NCBI GenBank assembly: GCA_964016885.1
Contig: OZ024751.1
Coordinates: 50,344,001 to 50,408,000, forward strand
Length of the DNA: 64,000 bases
Direction: 5' to 3'
DNA from: Eledone cirrhosa
Lineage: Eukaryota
Shown: in pieces, positions 58,579 through 64,000 of the stretch
Position numbering within the stretch: the stretch's first letter is position 1
How the letters are laid out: the number at the start of each line of letters is the position of its first letter
Notes under the pieces: generated by a model
The model's input: only the letters and a program-made list of their open reading frames with translations
The model's database searches: none
What the model was told of the DNA's origin: nothing
Translations under genes and position numbers: made by a program

Positions 58579-58930
58579 AGAGATAGATGTATACATGATA
58601 CTCTTGTAGAATTGGGGGATTGATTTACGTTATAGACTTCGCCTAGCTTTGATCCCCCACTTCTTGACACTTCTGTTATATTAATGTTTTCCTCTCCCTC
58701 ATTGCTTCCCCCCTTCGCTTTTTTTCTCTTTTATCGTCTTTTCTATGTTAGAATATCACTTCCTATTCATCTTTCTGTTTCTCTTCTTCCCCATCTCTTT
58801 GTTTCTCTAATTATCCCTCTCCTCTCTGTTTGTTCGTTGCTAACAGACACCGCCTAAGTAATTGCTAGTTTGTGTCTTATTTTTGTTGTGTGCGTACGTA
58901 TATATATATATACACACACATATATGTATA

Positions 58931-58969
<39 letters not shown>

Positions 58970-59361
58970 GTGTGTGTGTATATATATATATGTGTGTATA
59001 TATATATCTGGGTGTATATATATATGTGTATGTATATATGTGTGTATGTATGTATATGTGTGTGTGTATATATATGTATATGTGTGTGTGTGTATATATA
59101 ACCACTAATAATTGTTTCTACTTTTTGGCACAAGGCCAGCAATCAATCAGTGCATTACTGGTACTTTAATAATAATAATAATGTACTAATATGATGTAAG
59201 TATATATATATGTGTGTGTATATATATATATATATAATCAGCGGATGAAATAGAATGAGTCCTATAAAAGTCAACTCTCAATAAAATAAAACCCTCTGTA
59301 CCCGATATATTGAGTACTTTATTTGAATTGTGGTTCTCTCTCGTTCTTTAACGGAACCCCA

Positions 59362-59393
<32 letters not shown>

Positions 59394-60109
59394 CCTGTAA
59401 TGGATTCCCCATCACAAATTCAAAACCTACATGCATGTCTAATATTTTAGTGGTGCCGGTTTTCAATAGACGTTATTGATAATACATCAAAAGACTTTTC
59501 CATTCTCTTTTTTTTCCTGTCTCTTTCGCTTTCTTATCTATATATTTGTTTGTCTGTCTGTCTTGTCTATCTTATTTATGCCCCCTTCTTACCCGTCTGT
59601 AGTCTTTCTTTCATACTCTCTACCTGTTCGTTTACTTTGCCAGCCAACTAACTGACCAATATATATATATTTAGATGAAGTGTTTTCCTATACGTTTGTA
59701 CATCATTTTAAAGCTAGATTTACAACTGTATGTTTTTATTTGTCGATCTAGTAATATGTCTGTCTTTGTATGTAGATTGCCATGGGTATATTTAGCTACA
59801 TAGCTACGTGCCTATTTCCCAAGTTAGCCATGTGCCCAATAGCTAGCTAGGTGTCTATTTAGCTAGCTAGATAGATACCTATTTGGCTAACTAGCTAGGT
59901 GTCTACTTAGGAGGCAAAGCAGCTTAGTTATTTAGTTGTCCATCCGTCTATTATCTACTTAATTGGGTATCTGTATATTCATTTATGTATGTAATGGTCT
60001 AACCATGTTTCTTTCTATCTACATAGCTGTTTATGTGTCTGTCTGTCTATCTATCTATTATTTCCGAAACATATCTATTATTTCCAACCAGTGATATTCC
60101 TCACAATGG

Positions 60110-60148
<39 letters not shown>

Positions 60149-60226
60149 GCACTCATATTTATTAATAAAATATTAAAGCTCTACGGTATTGAGTACTCCC
60201 TTTTCTTAGCCGTCAACCCCACATAC

Positions 60227-60281
<55 letters not shown>

Positions 60282-60537
60282 CGGATTCCAAATACTCTTT
60301 TAATATTGTAAATGCGTGTGTGTCTCTGACCTACGGTTAAATGACGATTGAATCTACCTCAGCATATTACTGGTGGTGGTGACTAACGCTTAGATTATAA
60401 AGAATAACAATATATTATCTATATATGCCTAACCAGCCAGTCATTACGCCCAATTGACTTATCATTGGATGTGTGTATGAGGCACTGCAAGCTGTCCATT
60501 TCGAGTTTGAAAAAAAAAGAAGCTGCAAATACACACA

Positions 60538-60582
<45 letters not shown>

Positions 60583-60642
60583 TAATTGTGTATATGAAGA
60601 ATAACCCGCCTTACATATGTGTGTTGTTAAGGACACGACTAT

Positions 60643-60771
<129 letters not shown>

Positions 60772-61112
60772 ATGCATGTATTAGTGGGTATGTATCTGTT
60801 TGAGTGTCTGTGTGCGTGTGGTTCACTTCGCAAAATGCTCCGAGATCTAAATTTTATTTTCATCGACTTTCGTTTTAATCATATTTTGTAGAGTGCTGTG
60901 GTGTATAGCACTTTCACTTCTCTATATGGTCGTAACCTCTCTACTGGCTCTCTATAAGTGTGTGTATGTATGTGTGTGTGTATATATATATATATATATA
61001 CATATGTGTGTATATATAAACATACACATACATATATCTAATATGTTGAGTAATATGTATTGAAACATTTATAACGCTATTAAATCTACTGTTACATCTC
61101 TCTCTATATATG

Positions 61113-61144
<32 letters not shown>

Positions 61145-61283
61145 TTATGTAATGTTTAGTTACTGATCGTTTACCAGTTTGAGTACTCAATGCTAATATC
61201 TGGGTCCGACTACCGATGTAGGATTCTACGTTTGGTATTTTACCATAGTCGGTATCTTTCGGAAGCAGTGTTGATAATAAAAT

Positions 61284-61500
61284 GAGCAGGAACGAATTAT
61301 TAATATAATATCATGGTGTTTATTCATACGTGGCGTGCGTTTCTTGATCGATCAGCTCAAGGTAGGGATCGGGGCCCGACTCTGGAATCGATTGCTCATC
61401 AGACTTGTGGATTCACTCGTACTTTGAGTTGATCGATCGCGAAATGCACGTCACGTGGGAATAGACCTAATGATGTTATATTGATACTTCGTTCCTGCTT
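61284..61500. mobile_element. Older palindromic element related to hammerhead family B
   Basis: About 80-bp diverged inverted arms; minus strand CTGATGA-GCAATCGAT...ATCGATC..GAAACGCACG; shares CAGAGTCGGG and CCTTGAGCTGATC with the 18.6 kb element. Confidence 0.7.
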
Positions 61501-61516
61501 GTTGTTGTCGTTGCTG

Positions 61517-61547
<31 letters not shown>

Positions 61548-61931
61548 GAGCAGGAAGGGTGTATCAATTCAACATTATGTTTACTTAAATATAAGCCGAC
61601 GCCCCCACTCTCTTTTCTACCATCGATTTTTTGGGGTTTACATATTCCTCGGCTTATATTCAACACACACACACATACATATATATCCAGTATAGCACTG
61701 AACGTAGAAATAAAAAAAAAATGGCTATAATTTGATAACCTTAGTTTTCTTCATTATATATATATATATATATATATATCATGTTTAATATAGAAATGAC
61801 TGTTTCATTTTTGAATGAAACAGATCTAGTTCTGTAGAAGCAATTTCTATATGAAACATGATGTTTACACTCTACTGATGTATTGAGTACCTTACTAACT
61901 GTGGTTACCCCCGATTGAACCCAAGGCTCAC

Positions 61932-61977
61932 ATATATATAAGGAACCTTTACGTCAGTAAAGGTTCCTTATATATAT
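61932..61977. repeat. Perfect 21-bp hairpin with a 4-nt loop
   Basis: ATATATATAAGGAACCTTTAC gtca GTAAAGGTTCCTTATATATAT. Confidence 0.85.
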
Positions 61978-62009
61978 AAAGAGACTTCATTACCTTGGCA
62001 GGAGACTTC

Positions 62010-62825
62010 CATAAACATGGATAGTATCAGGATGGATTCACTGGAGTTCACAGCGGCTATGGTTATGATTCAAGAAATGAAGAGAGATTAAGGCTCCTGG
62101 TATTCTGTGGTGCAAACGAACTAACTATTTGTAGCACAAATTTCAGGAAACCGGCTAGCCATCTCATCACATACCAGTCAGCTGAACACACAAGCCTGAT
62201 TGATTTCTTACTTGTAAGACGAGATAAACAGACTGTAATAAATGCTAAGGCCTTCCCTGGGGAATAATGAGCTGCCCAAACATAAGTTATTATTAGTGAC
62301 ATCAGATTAAACACAAAACAAAACAAGATATGCAGGAAAATATGGGGATGGAGGATTTGGAAGCTAAAGGACCTTTCAGTTAAATATGGGTTTAAAAGGG
62401 CCTTACAGGATGCAGTAGATGAGAGGGGTGACATATGTAGAGGACAACTGGAAATTCTTGCATGATAATCTTTTGCAAATTACTGATGACTGCATTAGCC
62501 AGACAGAGGGTGATTTGGTGGTGGAACCGCACTGGATAGAGCCATTAAAGCCAAGAGACAGGTGTGGAAAGACTGGAAAAATGGAGGTAGCAGAAACCGG
62601 TACCAGGTTGCTAAGAGGGAAGCTAGACAACAGGTACATACACATAGCTCAGAGAGAGGCTGAAAAAAGAAATTTTGCCAATGTCTAGAGGTGCCAGGAG
62701 ATGAAGGTGAAGAGAGGCCACAGTAGAGGTAGACCAAGGAAGACCTGGGCAGAGGTGTTAATAGATTTCAAATTGCTGAGACTCACAGAGGAGTTGACGA
62801 AGAAACGTGGTGAGTAGCATTGGCA
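62010..62825 (+). mobile_element. Degenerate RTE LINE piece (endonuclease end and linker joined to the 3' RGRPRKTW region)
   Basis: HLITYQSAEHTSLIDFLLVR; RGRPRKTWAEV; many stops. Confidence 0.65.
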
Positions 62826-62829
62826 ATTT

Positions 62830-64000
62830 GATTTATAGTTAATTGCCTGTCATCCATCACCATGTGGTGAACACAATCAAGCTCTATCAAATTCCTCTAA
62901 GAATCTGATAGAGCTTGTTTCTTGTAAGTGTTTTCTGCTTTCTGTTCAACGCCCACATTCTTTGCTAGCCTACCTGAGATCCCACTACAGCTCTTATATA
63001 CCCATAGTTTGGATTTGGGACAGAGGATAGAATTTCTACCCACCCCTTTCCTACACTCTAAGCAGGGTCATTTCCCAGATGGATCAGGGCCTTGTTTTCC
63101 TTACTACTTAATTAAATTTTGGTCTTTGCCAAGTTAACTTTAAGACCTTTTGATTCTGGGTTATACTTTCAGGTCAGGAATTTTTTCTCTAGTTCTACCA
63201 TAGATTCAGGTATGAGAGTTAGGCCATCTGCATACAGGAGTTCCCAAGGACAACCAGTTTTAAACTCTTCTGTTATAGCCTGGAAGATGATAATAAATAG
63301 CAGAGGGCTAAGGACTGAACCCTGGTGGACACCAACTTGCACACTAAACTCCTTGCTATAGTCATTATTAATTTTAAATTTGCTGACTGCACCTCTGCAC
63401 ACGACTTGTATTAACTTCATAAGCCACTCCTTCACCCCCTAGTTTCCACCAAATTACAGAACAGGGGGACCCTGTCAAAAGCTTTCTCCCAGTCAACAAA
63501 TGCTAAGTAGCGGGGTTTACTTTTTGCTAGATACTTCTCCTGTAGTTGCCTCACAAGGAAGAGAGCATCCGTGGTATATTTACCTAGCAGAGATCTTAAT
63601 TGCATCTCATCTAAGTTAATTTGATCCCTAATCAGTTGTATGATGACTCTTTCTATATCTTTCATGACCTAGTCCATCAATTTAATGCATCGGTAGTTTT
63701 TTCTGTCACCTTTGCCCTTGTAGCAATTGACAATGCTGCTGCTATGCCAGTCATTAGCTACAGTACCATTTTGTATTACTTGGTTTACAATATGGGTTGG
63801 TGATGGTGTAGCCTACCATCCCAAATGCTGTCAGCATCTCAGCAACTATTCCCGATGGCCTGGCTGCTTTACCTGTCTTCATATCCTTAATTGCCTTACT
63901 TACTATGCTGCTACTGACTTGTACTACTGGTCCCTATGTTTGGTCGTCTTAGGGCAGGCTATCTTCCTCCCATGCATTCACTTTATTCATCTGTCTCTCA
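62830..64000 (-). mobile_element. Degenerate RTE LINE RT piece, opposite orientation
   Basis: TTDALFLVRQLQEK, AFVDWEKAFDRVP, GVHQGSVLSPLLF, LLYADGL. Confidence 0.8.

Overview
Eukaryotic, very repeat-rich, AT-rich DNA. The SINE types and (AT)n density resemble octopod cephalopod genomes; this is recognition from memory, not a search. Contents: (1) three Tx1-clade LINEs stacked head-to-tail on the minus strand inside one (GATA)n microsatellite (1.9-15.1 kb); (2) RTE, R4/Dong-like (in (AAT)n), Tc1/mariner and Helentron-like fragments, a complete but dead Chapaev3 DNA transposon (CAC TIRs, TAA TSD) and many tRNA-derived SINEs; (3) one spliced host gene, a minus-strand THAP zinc-finger gene of about 220 aa with 4-5 coding exons (43.1-49.4 kb); (4) large micro- and minisatellites. 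The most notable signal is a dense set of short, ORF-less foldback (palindromic) elements, mostly sitting in (AT)n tracts. Several unrelated families carry minimal type I hammerhead ribozymes of the Penelope-pLTR kind on both strands, one family shows stem I covariation, and several inversion centres fall in hammerhead stem II. Most ORFs in the ORF track are microsatellite or antisense artefacts.
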